Part shown: piece by piece, positions 55,201-62,896 of the stretch | How positions within the stretch are numbered: position 1 is the first letter of the stretch | Layout: each line of letters opens with the position of its first letter | NCBI GenBank assembly: GCA_031367385.1 | Contig: JANLPS010000358.1 | Location: 1 to 64,000 of the forward strand | Source: Archangium sp. | GTDB lineage: Bacteria > Myxococcota > Myxococcia > Myxococcales > Myxococcaceae | DNA: 64,000 nucleotides | Direction of reading: 5' to 3' | Notes under the pieces: model-generated | What the model was told of the DNA's origin: nothing | Databases searched by the model: none | Seen by the model: only the letters and a program-made list of their open reading frames with translations | Translations under genes and position numbers: made by a program

Positions 55201-56735
55201 AGCTCGCCTTCGCCAAGGCCGCCATTGGCGAGGCCCACTTCGATTTCAAGGGCAGCGCTGGCCACAACATCGCCAACCTCACCATCGGCCCGAAGGGCAA
55301 AGACGACCTCACCGCGCACGGCACCGTCGACGCCGAGATCGGCCTCGCCGCGATACGGCGCGGGTTGACCCCCAGCAAGTACCCCCTCGACGTCACCGTG
55401 GCCTCGAACGACTTCGACCTCGCGTTCTTCTCGGGCATCTCGTCGGTGGTGCGGGTCATCGGCGGCAAGCTCACCATGAACGCGACCGTGCAAGGCACCA
55501 TCGGCGCGCCCAAGCTCGACGGCGCCGCGCACTGGGTGAATGGCCGCTTGAACTTGACCGGGTTCGGCAACTACCGAGACATCGAGCTCGAGGCGAAGGC
55601 CAGCAATTCGTTGATCTCGTTGTCGAAATTGAAGGCCTACTCCGGCTCGGGGTGGGCCTCGCTGACCGCCGAAGCGACCCGCAATGCCGCGAGCGCCTGG
55701 CACCTGACCGCTAATGGCGAGGCCAACAAGTTTCCCATCGTGGTCGATGATCAGCCGGTGGTCATCGCCACGCTTCGCCTCGATTTGAATGGTGAGCTGG
55801 TTGATCAATTCTTGAACATCAAGCAGCTCTCGCTGCCGAAAGTGTTGATCGAGCTGCCCGACATTCGCAGAAAAGATCTGCAGAACCTCGATCGCCCGGC
55901 CGACATCATCATTCTGCGCGGCGGCCGTGGAGATCTGGCCAAGCGCGCGCGCGCCCTCGAGCTCAAGAAGGCCAAGGCGAAGGCCAAAGAAGCGACCTTC
56001 ACCGCCCGCGCGGTGATCAACGCCCAGCGCAGAATTCAAATCAAAGGCTCCGACGTCGACCTCGAGCTGGGGCTCTCTGACGGCTTTCGGCTCGAGTACG
56101 CCAACAACGTGCAGCTGTACGGAGAAGCCTCGGTGCTCCGCGGCAAGCTCTCGGTGCTCGGGCGTGACTTCGTGGTGCAGCCGGGCTCGCAAGCGCGCTT
56201 CGCCGGCGTGGCCACCGAGCCGTACGTCAACGTGACCGCCGTCTATACGAACAACAAAACCGACGACAAAACCAAGGTCACCGTCAATGTGGTTGGCCGC
56301 GGCACTGACATCGCGCTCAAGGTCTCTTCGGAGCCGCCGCTCAGCGAATCTGAGATCTACACCCTGCTCGCCACTGGCCGCCCTGCCCTCGCGCGTGGGG
56401 GTGGTTCGAGCGTCACGCCGACCCAGGCCGCCTCGGTCGTCGGCAGCGCGCTCATCTCGCAAGCCAAGACCGCCATCGCCAAGAACGTGCCGATCGACGT
56501 GCTCGACTTCGAGTCAGGCGAGAACTTCAGCGGCGTGAAGCTCAACGTCGGCAAGTACCTCACTGACACCGTCTTCGTCGGCTACTCGCTCAACCCTGGC
56601 GCTGACGTGACCCGCGGCGAGAACCCGCACACCGTTCGCCTCGAATACCAGATGACGCACAGCTGGAGCCTCGAGGCCTCCGCCGGCACGGCCCCAGCAG
56701 CCGCCGCCGACGTCGTGTGGTCGCGAGACTTCTAA
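52272..56735 (+). CDS. tamB: Translocation and assembly module inner membrane subunit TamB
   Basis: N-terminal TM anchor, long beta-taco repeats, and C-terminal SSEPPLSESEIYTLL..G, VGKYL, LEYQ...WSRDF. TTG start overlapping the tamA stop, with GGAG RBS. Confidence 0.88.
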   Translation: MKRKLLIALGIVFALLVLVVGAAWWWVHSEAGGRFLRDKVLSATKDALAGRIEVGTLELTGSTLHLRDLKLYTPEGELVAEIAAITAEISLPALIKKTVALRSVTIEGPKLHLASDERGLNLTRAIASKLPPAPAAKPGPGLRIELEQLELTDGFVSFDADEQHLVFDALEIKGHATVVTSPLHLDGKLAVASKMTKPLSAPLSIALTATSPLLGDAIKASVVLSLGDDHLEASGSWPDLTLQVKNTSFRSQTIAVFVPAWPLKPTIGLSADLTNGTGLIHVEAGKAKVDLDAAWTKDFSAVSKMVLIAKDVDLSELLGKGKPSNIDLTAKGNLTDVKSLTGHLTLEGEWATAANKKLASVSAEVKADHGEYFVPKLSAVVPGVSVAANGKLTLKKLNVSGVVDVTDLSKLKATAREFAGIELPAMTGTGHLNVNAQGTLTSPSVNATGTLSGVSVAGVSAQTLEVDVHLPNVLAPFESDGAVLAKQLKVGDTLLDEVKVSLGTRGRMVDVELSTKGLGDLVLQANGKLDEDQNGMSLDAVVLTSSQGDWAMAAPTRLTWAPTLSLQPMTIQSGPQRIDLSGSKKGQKVEAAIALVALDLAKVPRALASEKLGLAGVLDATVRVDGALPRPGIEAKVSLKDGAVRGFDKVQLDAQGAWRDKRAAGQFTISTALASAKGEVNVDVDAVINERPEPVSAHIEVTGVDVTRVATFFKQELPVTAKLEAHLDVSGTADKPQVKLVIDSPEVAVQLGAQAAPLVLTSVSFEVLTRDTGHIAATVSANSFGGVAHVELDTPLTINGLREKLPTVASLNTLPLTVDAEVNGVAIGQLRDSGLLAINTSAEGNLGLRGHLTGTIKDPEGAVTLTANKVVYPPLSAVEASATVTAGPKKIDLVAMITEKAAPLLKVDGSLDATVAHLQHLDALGPEAVKLVATLYPLDLKTLVPSDSTLTGFAGATLNVDGTLDAPRIDLTGSVDQLAFAKAAIGEAHFDFKGSAGHNIANLTIGPKGKDDLTAHGTVDAEIGLAAIRRGLTPSKYPLDVTVASNDFDLAFFSGISSVVRVIGGKLTMNATVQGTIGAPKLDGAAHWVNGRLNLTGFGNYRDIELEAKASNSLISLSKLKAYSGSGWASLTAEATRNAASAWHLTANGEANKFPIVVDDQPVVIATLRLDLNGELVDQFLNIKQLSLPKVLIELPDIRRKDLQNLDRPADIIILRGGRGDLAKRARALELKKAKAKAKEATFTARAVINAQRRIQIKGSDVDLELGLSDGFRLEYANNVQLYGEASVLRGKLSVLGRDFVVQPGSQARFAGVATEPYVNVTAVYTNNKTDDKTKVTVNVVGRGTDIALKVSSEPPLSESEIYTLLATGRPALARGGGSSVTPTQAASVVGSALISQAKTAIAKNVPIDVLDFESGENFSGVKLNVGKYLTDTVFVGYSLNPGADVTRGENPHTVRLEYQMTHSWSLEASAGTAPAAAADVVWSRDF

Positions 56736-56739
56736 GCTC

Positions 56740-56794
56740 AATAAAGGGGACAGGCTGGTTTAAGCGGCAATCAAAGTAGCCTGTCCCCTTTATT
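56740..56794. terminator. 17-bp inverted repeat, likely bidirectional terminator or REP-like element
   Basis: AATAAAGGGGACAGGCT - 21 nt - AGCCTGTCCCCTTTATT between convergent genes. Confidence 0.75.
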
Positions 56795-57251
56795 TGCCGA
56801 GCTCGGCGACGAGCTTCTTGGTGTCGACGTGCTTCGACTTCTCTTCGTCGATGCTGACGCGCAGGCTCTTGCTGTTCAGGTAGACCTCCCACGACGAATT
56901 TCGCAAGGTCATGCGCACGTAATCGGCGCCGTTCATCTGGGTGACGATGTCCATACCCGTGCCGCCTGCGCCTGCCGGCCGCGCGGTGTACTGAATCACC
57001 TTGCCGTTGATGCCGTCGTTGAACGCCTCGGCGCCGCTGATGCGCATGATGACGTCGTTCACGCCCGCCGCGTTCTTCTGCGCGAGCATGGCCATCTCGA
57101 TGGTGATGCCGTCGCCTTCGTAGAGCTTGCCGTAGGGGTTGACCTCGAGCGCGCTGGCCGCCGTCTCGCTCGGCCCCGCGGGCGGCGTATTCGAGGTGGT
57201 GGCGCAGGCGATGAACGACACGGCGAGAGCACAGAGCATCAGGTGGCGCAT
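56790..57251 (-). CDS. Hypothetical lipoprotein
   Basis: MRHLMLCALAVSFIAC lipoprotein signal and high GC3. Confidence 0.75.
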   Translation of the reverse strand: MRHLMLCALAVSFIACATTSNTPPAGPSETAASALEVNPYGKLYEGDGITIEMAMLAQKNAAGVNDVIMRISGAEAFNDGINGKVIQYTARPAGAGGTGMDIVTQMNGADYVRMTLRNSSWEVYLNSKSLRVSIDEEKSKHVDTKKLVAELGK

Positions 57252-57341
57252 GAGAGACCTTTTTGGTTGGCTTTGAACGACAGAGCGCGCAACTTTTTGC
57301 GAACCGGCCAGAAACACAAGCTCAAACCTCAGGCATACTGA

Positions 57342-58247
57342 ATGGCGGTGAGCATTCTGCGCTTCACGCAGCCGGTGTTGGTCGCACGCAAGCTGGGGCG
57401 AAAACCGGTCGCGGTGAAGATAGGCGAGCACGGCCTGACCATCGCCCGCGCATCGAACGGCGTCTTCGCCTACCCCGAGCGCTGCCCCCATCGCGGCACG
57501 CGGCTCGTTCACGCCAGCAACGACGACGGCCGGCTGGTCTGCCCGTACCACGGCTGGAGCGTCGATTCGCAAGGCCAGGCGCGCAAACCCAACCAGACGC
57601 AGCCCGAGTGCCAGCTGACGGTGCACACGCTTCAGCTCGCCTTCGGCTCGTACTGGTTGGTCGAGCCAGAGCGGCCGGTACCCATCGTCGCTCCGCCCGA
57701 GCACACGTTCTGCGGCTCGATGCAGTTCGACCTCTCGGCGCCGTACCATGTGGTGCTCGACAACTTCAACGAGGGCTCACACACCCCGTTCGTTCACAGC
57801 TTGCTCGGCCCGCACCCCAAAGACCTGCCCCGCGCGCACTTCGAGTGGAAGAACGAAGCCGACCACGTGCTCACGCACTACGACGCTCCGCAGCGCCGCA
57901 ACCTGATGTTCTTTGCGATGGCGCCCTTTCGCGAGCTGCACTGGTCAATCTCGTGGAAGACGTACTTCGCGCCGACCTACATGCAATACGACTCGAAGTG
58001 GTACCACCCGAAGACCGGCCGGGTGTTGACCGAAAATCGCGTCTACTACTACATCGTGCCCAAGGGCGAAGGCCGCACCTCGCTGCACGCCTTCATCTTC
58101 GTCAAGGCCCCGTGGTGGGCGGCCTGGTTCAGCCCGGCGGTACGGCTCGCCTCGCGGTTGATCACCGCCAACCAGGTGCTCGAAGACGAGCGTTTTTACC
58201 CGAAAATTGCCGACTTACCTGAGTCGTTCAAGGGCCTGCGCCTCTAG
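57342..58247 (+). CDS. Rieske [2Fe-2S] non-heme iron oxygenase alpha subunit (C-terminus possibly interrupted by an in-frame TAG)
   Basis: CPHRG...CPYHGW Rieske ligands, DNFNEGSHTPFVH mononuclear Fe site, and QVLED. Confidence 0.87.
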   Translation: MAVSILRFTQPVLVARKLGRKPVAVKIGEHGLTIARASNGVFAYPERCPHRGTRLVHASNDDGRLVCPYHGWSVDSQGQARKPNQTQPECQLTVHTLQLAFGSYWLVEPERPVPIVAPPEHTFCGSMQFDLSAPYHVVLDNFNEGSHTPFVHSLLGPHPKDLPRAHFEWKNEADHVLTHYDAPQRRNLMFFAMAPFRELHWSISWKTYFAPTYMQYDSKWYHPKTGRVLTENRVYYYIVPKGEGRTSLHAFIFVKAPWWAAWFSPAVRLASRLITANQVLEDERFYPKIADLPESFKGLRL

Positions 58248-58333
58248 GCGACCGACCACCCCGTGGTGGCGATTCGCAAGCGGGCCGAGGCCGAGTACCT
58301 CGGCCGCTGAGTCGGTGCTATCAGCGCGCCCCT

Positions 58334-59422
58334 ATGCGGTGGAGCCTCTGGTGCGTCGTGCTGTTGGCTGGGTGCGGCGTCGAGCTCGGCCCTGATGCGG
58401 GCGTGCTGGTGGGCCCCGCCTCCGATTCGGGTGTCGCCCTGCACGACTCGGGCGTCACCAGGCTCGATGCCGGCACCGAGGCTCCCGACGCGGCGACGGT
58501 GCTGGTCATCGATGCCGGCCCGGTGCTCGATGCAGGCTCGCTGAACGACGCGGGCACCTCGTTCGATGCGGGCGTCTGCGGCCGCTGCGCGTTCGGCTAC
58601 GGCTCGGTGGTGAACGCCGGCATCGTGATGAACCCCGCGCTGACCGAGATTTCCGGCCTGGCCGCGAGTCGCGCGCACCCCGGCGTGCTGTACGCGCACA
58701 ACGACTCTGGCGGGCGCGCGGTGATCTACGTGATGAGCACTACCGGCGCAGACTTGGGCGAGCTCGTGCTCGACGGAGGCACCAACGCCGACTGGGAGGA
58801 CATCGCCCTCGGCCCCTGCCCCAGCGGCACCTGCCTGTACCTGGGTGAAATCGGCGACAACAGCCTGGTGAACCCCGGGCCGTACGCGGTCTACCGCGTC
58901 GCCGAGCCGAGCCTCGCCAGCCCCGCGGTCTCGCTGGGCAGCGTCAGCGTGCCCTTCGAACGCTTCGCCCTGCGCTACCCCAACGATGAGCACTTCAACG
59001 CCGAGACGCTGATGGTTCACCCCGTCACTGGCGACCTCTACGTGGTCACCAAGCCCGACCCGTTCAAGAAGGCCTCGGCCTACAAGGCGAGCGCGCCGCT
59101 GAGCACGACCAGCATCAACACCCTGATCAAGCTCACCGGCCTCAAGGTGCCTGATCAGCTCGACCTGCAGCTCACCGCTGGGGCCATCGATGTCTGCGGC
59201 GGGGCGATGCTCATTCGCAGCTACAGCGCGATGTACCAATTCACCGTCGAGCCGACGGCGCCGTTCGATTCGATCTTCTCGAACCCCTTCACCCGCGTGC
59301 CGGCGCCGGTCTTCAAGGTGCAAGAGACTCAAGGAGAATCAGTCACTTGGGCCGCGGGCGGCGGGTACTACACGGTGGCCGAGGGTGTCACCCCGACGAT
59401 TCATTTCGTAGGCTGCAAATAG
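58334..59422 (+). CDS. Lipoprotein with DAG linker and beta-propeller (SdiA-regulated/phytase-like) domain
   Basis: Lipobox LAGC, EISGLAAS...YAHNDSG, DWEDIA, LYLGEIGDN, NAETL and QGESVTW. Confidence 0.8.
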   Translation: MRWSLWCVVLLAGCGVELGPDAGVLVGPASDSGVALHDSGVTRLDAGTEAPDAATVLVIDAGPVLDAGSLNDAGTSFDAGVCGRCAFGYGSVVNAGIVMNPALTEISGLAASRAHPGVLYAHNDSGGRAVIYVMSTTGADLGELVLDGGTNADWEDIALGPCPSGTCLYLGEIGDNSLVNPGPYAVYRVAEPSLASPAVSLGSVSVPFERFALRYPNDEHFNAETLMVHPVTGDLYVVTKPDPFKKASAYKASAPLSTTSINTLIKLTGLKVPDQLDLQLTAGAIDVCGGAMLIRSYSAMYQFTVEPTAPFDSIFSNPFTRVPAPVFKVQETQGESVTWAAGGGYYTVAEGVTPTIHFVGCK

Positions 59423-61023
59423 TGGCCGTCACCCCCACAGGTCCGAAATTCACGGTGCCGAGCGTGGTTCGCATCGACGCGCCTGAAGCGAAGACGACGC
59501 CGCTGCTCGATGAACCCATGACCGACCTCGCGTGGGTGGCTCGCGCGGGCACGCTCCCGCCACCACGCCCCGCGCCCATCGCTGGCGTCGCGGCGCCGAT
59601 CGACGCCGAGTTTCCACAGCTCCAGCCGGGCTCGCCGCAGATGGGTACGCTGCGCGAGACGTTGACGAACGACCTCTTCAGGGCGACCGGCGGAGACCCG
59701 GCCAAGCTCGTCGAGGTGCAGCAGGCGGTTGACCGGCTGGCCCCCGCGCTCGCTCAGAGCACCAGCGCCGAAGCGCAGAAGCTGATCGCCGCGGAGATCA
59801 AACGCCTCGTGCCCGACCCCGAGGCACTCAAGGTGACGCTCAAGGTGCAGGGCTACAGCGGCGCCGGCCCGGTGATGTCGAAGGGCAACCCGACGGCCGA
59901 GGCGTTCTCGGGTGAAGTCGCCAAGCACGTCAGTGGGTCGATTCGCATCGCGCAGTTTGCCATCGGCAATGCGGTCGTCACTGCCGCCAAAACGGCGCTG
60001 GAGGGCGGCGTCACGCCAGACGAGCTCAAGGGTGCGTTTCGCCGCGCGATGAGCATCGAGACGCTCGGGCAGAGCGCGCGCGGGTTTCGCTCGAGGGCGA
60101 CGATGGAGGCGAACCTCGCCACCGAGATGCGCCGCACCTTGCGTGCCCAGGGCGTGGCCACCGAACCGCTCGAGGAGTCGATCTCCAAGCTCTCGGCGAA
60201 GGCGGCCGATGCGGTGCTCGAGACCAATGTCAAAAGCCTCGTCGCCAAAGGATTCACCGAGGCGTCGGCGCGCGCGTACACCTTTGCTCCGAGCGTCGAA
60301 CACGCGGGAGCTGAGGTCGGCAAGGCCATCTTCCAGGCGATGGGCGACGCCATTCCGGTCGCCGGCTCGAAGATGCATGCACCGGCAGAGGTCGAAGCGT
60401 TCTTCGCGCGTCAGGCCCGAGAAGGGTTCGAGAACCTCGGCAAGAATCTGATCAGTGAGCTGAACGTCACTCCCGCCGACGCCGAGAAGATCGTGAAACG
60501 GGCGATGCCCCTGTTCGCGAAAGAGCTCGCCGCACAGAATGTGCCTCGGGGCGTGGTCGCTTCGATGGCGGCGCTGGCAAGCGGGCCGAAGCCGGTGCTC
60601 AGCAACGCCGATGGAGCCGCCAAGGTCGCGAGCTGGGGTGAGCGGGTCATGGCGCAGCTGCCAACGCCGGTCACGAATGCGGCCAAGGTCACCGGCGAAG
60701 CGGCCCAGAAGCTGCTCACCGCGAACCCCACCTTGGCCAAGGCTTTGCCCTATGTGGGGCGCGTGGTGCCGTATGTGAACACCCCCATCGCAGGGCTGAC
60801 GATCGCGCACGCGGTCGACGTGCACAACGACCCCGCCTCGTGGAAGGTGGAGGCCTTGTTGGCCGACGGCGCCGCGGGTTTGAACCTGATGGCCGCGGGC
60901 TCGGCGTATGCGCCGGTGCCGGTGCTCGACTGGGCCGCGAGCTTCACCGGAGGCGCCCTGTCGCTGGGCGTGAGCGGCCTCGAGTGGGGTACCAGCTCGG
61001 TGCGCAAGGCCCTGACGAAGTGA
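59422..61023 (+). CDS. Hypothetical Ala-rich helical protein with C-terminal hydrophobic segments
   Basis: GTG overlapping the upstream TAG, high GC3, no signal peptide, Pro-rich N-terminus. Confidence 0.65.
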   Translation: MAVTPTGPKFTVPSVVRIDAPEAKTTPLLDEPMTDLAWVARAGTLPPPRPAPIAGVAAPIDAEFPQLQPGSPQMGTLRETLTNDLFRATGGDPAKLVEVQQAVDRLAPALAQSTSAEAQKLIAAEIKRLVPDPEALKVTLKVQGYSGAGPVMSKGNPTAEAFSGEVAKHVSGSIRIAQFAIGNAVVTAAKTALEGGVTPDELKGAFRRAMSIETLGQSARGFRSRATMEANLATEMRRTLRAQGVATEPLEESISKLSAKAADAVLETNVKSLVAKGFTEASARAYTFAPSVEHAGAEVGKAIFQAMGDAIPVAGSKMHAPAEVEAFFARQAREGFENLGKNLISELNVTPADAEKIVKRAMPLFAKELAAQNVPRGVVASMAALASGPKPVLSNADGAAKVASWGERVMAQLPTPVTNAAKVTGEAAQKLLTANPTLAKALPYVGRVVPYVNTPIAGLTIAHAVDVHNDPASWKVEALLADGAAGLNLMAAGSAYAPVPVLDWAASFTGGALSLGVSGLEWGTSSVRKALTK

Positions 61024-61934
61024 ACCTGCCGGCGCGTGAGGCAGTTCGCGAGCGAATCGAAGTCAGCTCCGGGGTCGCTCCGCTCTCGGCGGCGAGCCTG
61101 GGCGTGCGGCTGGGGTTGCTTCGAATCGCCAATGCCAAGCGGGTCGCGCTGGCCAGCACAGAAGCCATCGGCAAGGGCTGCGAGGTCGCGTTGAGCTCGG
61201 TCTGCGTCTCGGCTGGCGGCGCCGTGCCCTTGAGCGCGCTCGTCGACGCGCAGGTGGTGGTCGGCGAGCTGCCTGACAATGATCTGCTGTCGTTCGAGCT
61301 GGCGGGCAAGCGGGCTCCCGCGACCTTCAGCTTTGCCTCGAAGGTGCCAGTGCTGTTCGCGTTGCCCGCGTTGCGTGGGCAGTCGGTCACCCAGCAGCTG
61401 TGGGTGAAGTCGGCGATGCGGTTGGTGTTGTCACCGGTGGGCGAGGCGAATGACGCGCTCTCGAAGGAGCTCGCGGCGGAGCGGGCACAGGCCGTCGCGG
61501 CGAGCGCTTCAGAGCGGGTCATCGAGGTGCTCGCGGGCCGGCTGGGGTTCGTGCCAACCCAGGCCTCCCTTCACGCGCGCGCGCTGGAGATGTGGACCGC
61601 CATCGACAAGCCGCGGCTCTCGGCGCTCGGCTTCGATGAGGCGTTTCTTCGTCGGTCGCAAGGCGTGTGGGTGGCGACTCCCGACATTCTCGACTGGGCG
61701 CGTCGGCAGCTGATGGCGAAGGCCGTGCTCTTCGCGCTCTTCGAAGCGGGAGTGCTCGACGCCGATTCAGCCGCCGCCGAGGCCGCGACGACCCTTCGCA
61801 GCGTTGGGTTTGGGTCGGAGGTCTTGGCCGCGGCCGGTGACGCGCGGGCCGAGGCGCTCTACGCGCAGAGCGTTCTCATCGTGGCACGTCGACATCTGAT
61901 GCGGCTGCCCTGCGTGGCGATTTTCGACGAGTGA
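61020..61934 (+). CDS. Hypothetical protein
   Basis: GTGA overlap with the upstream stop; about 304-aa open frame. Confidence 0.55.
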   Translation: MNLPAREAVRERIEVSSGVAPLSAASLGVRLGLLRIANAKRVALASTEAIGKGCEVALSSVCVSAGGAVPLSALVDAQVVVGELPDNDLLSFELAGKRAPATFSFASKVPVLFALPALRGQSVTQQLWVKSAMRLVLSPVGEANDALSKELAAERAQAVAASASERVIEVLAGRLGFVPTQASLHARALEMWTAIDKPRLSALGFDEAFLRRSQGVWVATPDILDWARRQLMAKAVLFALFEAGVLDADSAAAEAATTLRSVGFGSEVLAAAGDARAEALYAQSVLIVARRHLMRLPCVAIFDE

Positions 61935-62349
61935 GCGAGGCGCCGAGCCACACGGCGAAGACTGACCAGGCAATGAAGGCGATCATCGGCAGGTGCCTGA
62001 GCGCGGGGTGCGCCTCGTGCCCGAGCCCGAGCAGAAACGCGGCGGCGGTGAAGTACCCGAGCCGCTTCAACCACGCTGAAGCGATGACGCTGCTGATCAG
62101 GCCGGTCCACACGGCGAGGGTGAGCTGGCCCACGAACTCTCCGAGCATGGCTCCGAACAAACGGTGTTGAACGATGTAGGCAATCGAGATCATCGGCCGT
62201 GCTTCCGGCGAGTCGACATACACCTCGCTCGCCTCGCGCTCGAGAATGGCCGGGTAGTCGAACGTCGCCGTGAGCATCGTGAACGGCACCTGCAGCAACA
62301 GCGGGAAGGAGATCAACCCCAGCCCGACCCAGCGTCTGTGTGTATTCAT
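61876..62349 (-). CDS. DUF4386-like membrane protein, apparently internally deleted (possible pseudogene)
   Basis: PFTML...FDYPAIL.R...EV is directly joined to Y......H...G..LGE..G, and the protein is only 157 aa. Confidence 0.55.
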   Translation of the reverse strand: MNTHRRWVGLGLISFPLLLQVPFTMLTATFDYPAILEREASEVYVDSPEARPMISIAYIVQHRLFGAMLGEFVGQLTLAVWTGLISSVIASAWLKRLGYFTAAAFLLGLGHEAHPALRHLPMIAFIAWSVFAVWLGASLTRRKSPRRAAASDVDVPR

Positions 62350-62366
62350 GGGTGCGCTCTTTTCGC

Positions 62367-62843
62367 TCAGTAGGGAATGGCCCAGCCGATGCCTGGCGTC
62401 GGGGCGAACCTCAGCCGGCCATCGAACCCGAGCAGCGCTGAAGCCCCGAGCCGAATGTCCAACCCGCGCCAGGCCGCCCAGCGAAAGCCGAGCTCCAGGC
62501 TCACTCCTGCGCCGTGGGTCACTGACTTCGAGACGTCCCAGTCGTTGTTGAGCCCTTGCACCAGCGAGAGCGCCGCGTACGGGCTCGACTTGCGGCCCGA
62601 GCCGGTGTCGAACCCGAGCGGGTACGCCGAGACACCGAACTTCAAGAACCGGGTGGTGCGTGAGCTGCCATCGGGGCCGTTGTCGACGATGCCCGGGTAC
62701 ACGCCGACGTGAACGCCGAAGAAGCCCTCGCGAAATTCGACTCCAGTTGATGGCGTGCGGAACAGATTGATGATCACCTCACGGTCGCTTTGGGCGCGTG
62801 CGGTGGGGGTGAGAAGCAACAGGCCGAGAATGAGTGTCTTCAT
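62367..62843 (-). CDS. Hypothetical exported protein, likely small outer-membrane beta-barrel
   Basis: Signal peptide MKTLILGLLLLTPTARA, alternating amphipathic strands, and aromatic C-terminus (GIGWAIPY). Confidence 0.65.
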   Translation of the reverse strand: MKTLILGLLLLTPTARAQSDREVIINLFRTPSTGVEFREGFFGVHVGVYPGIVDNGPDGSSRTTRFLKFGVSAYPLGFDTGSGRKSSPYAALSLVQGLNNDWDVSKSVTHGAGVSLELGFRWAAWRGLDIRLGASALLGFDGRLRFAPTPGIGWAIPY

Positions 62844-62896
62844 CTCGCGCACCCTGCGTCATCGACGGCTTCTGGCCGTTGACCGGGAGCGACAAA

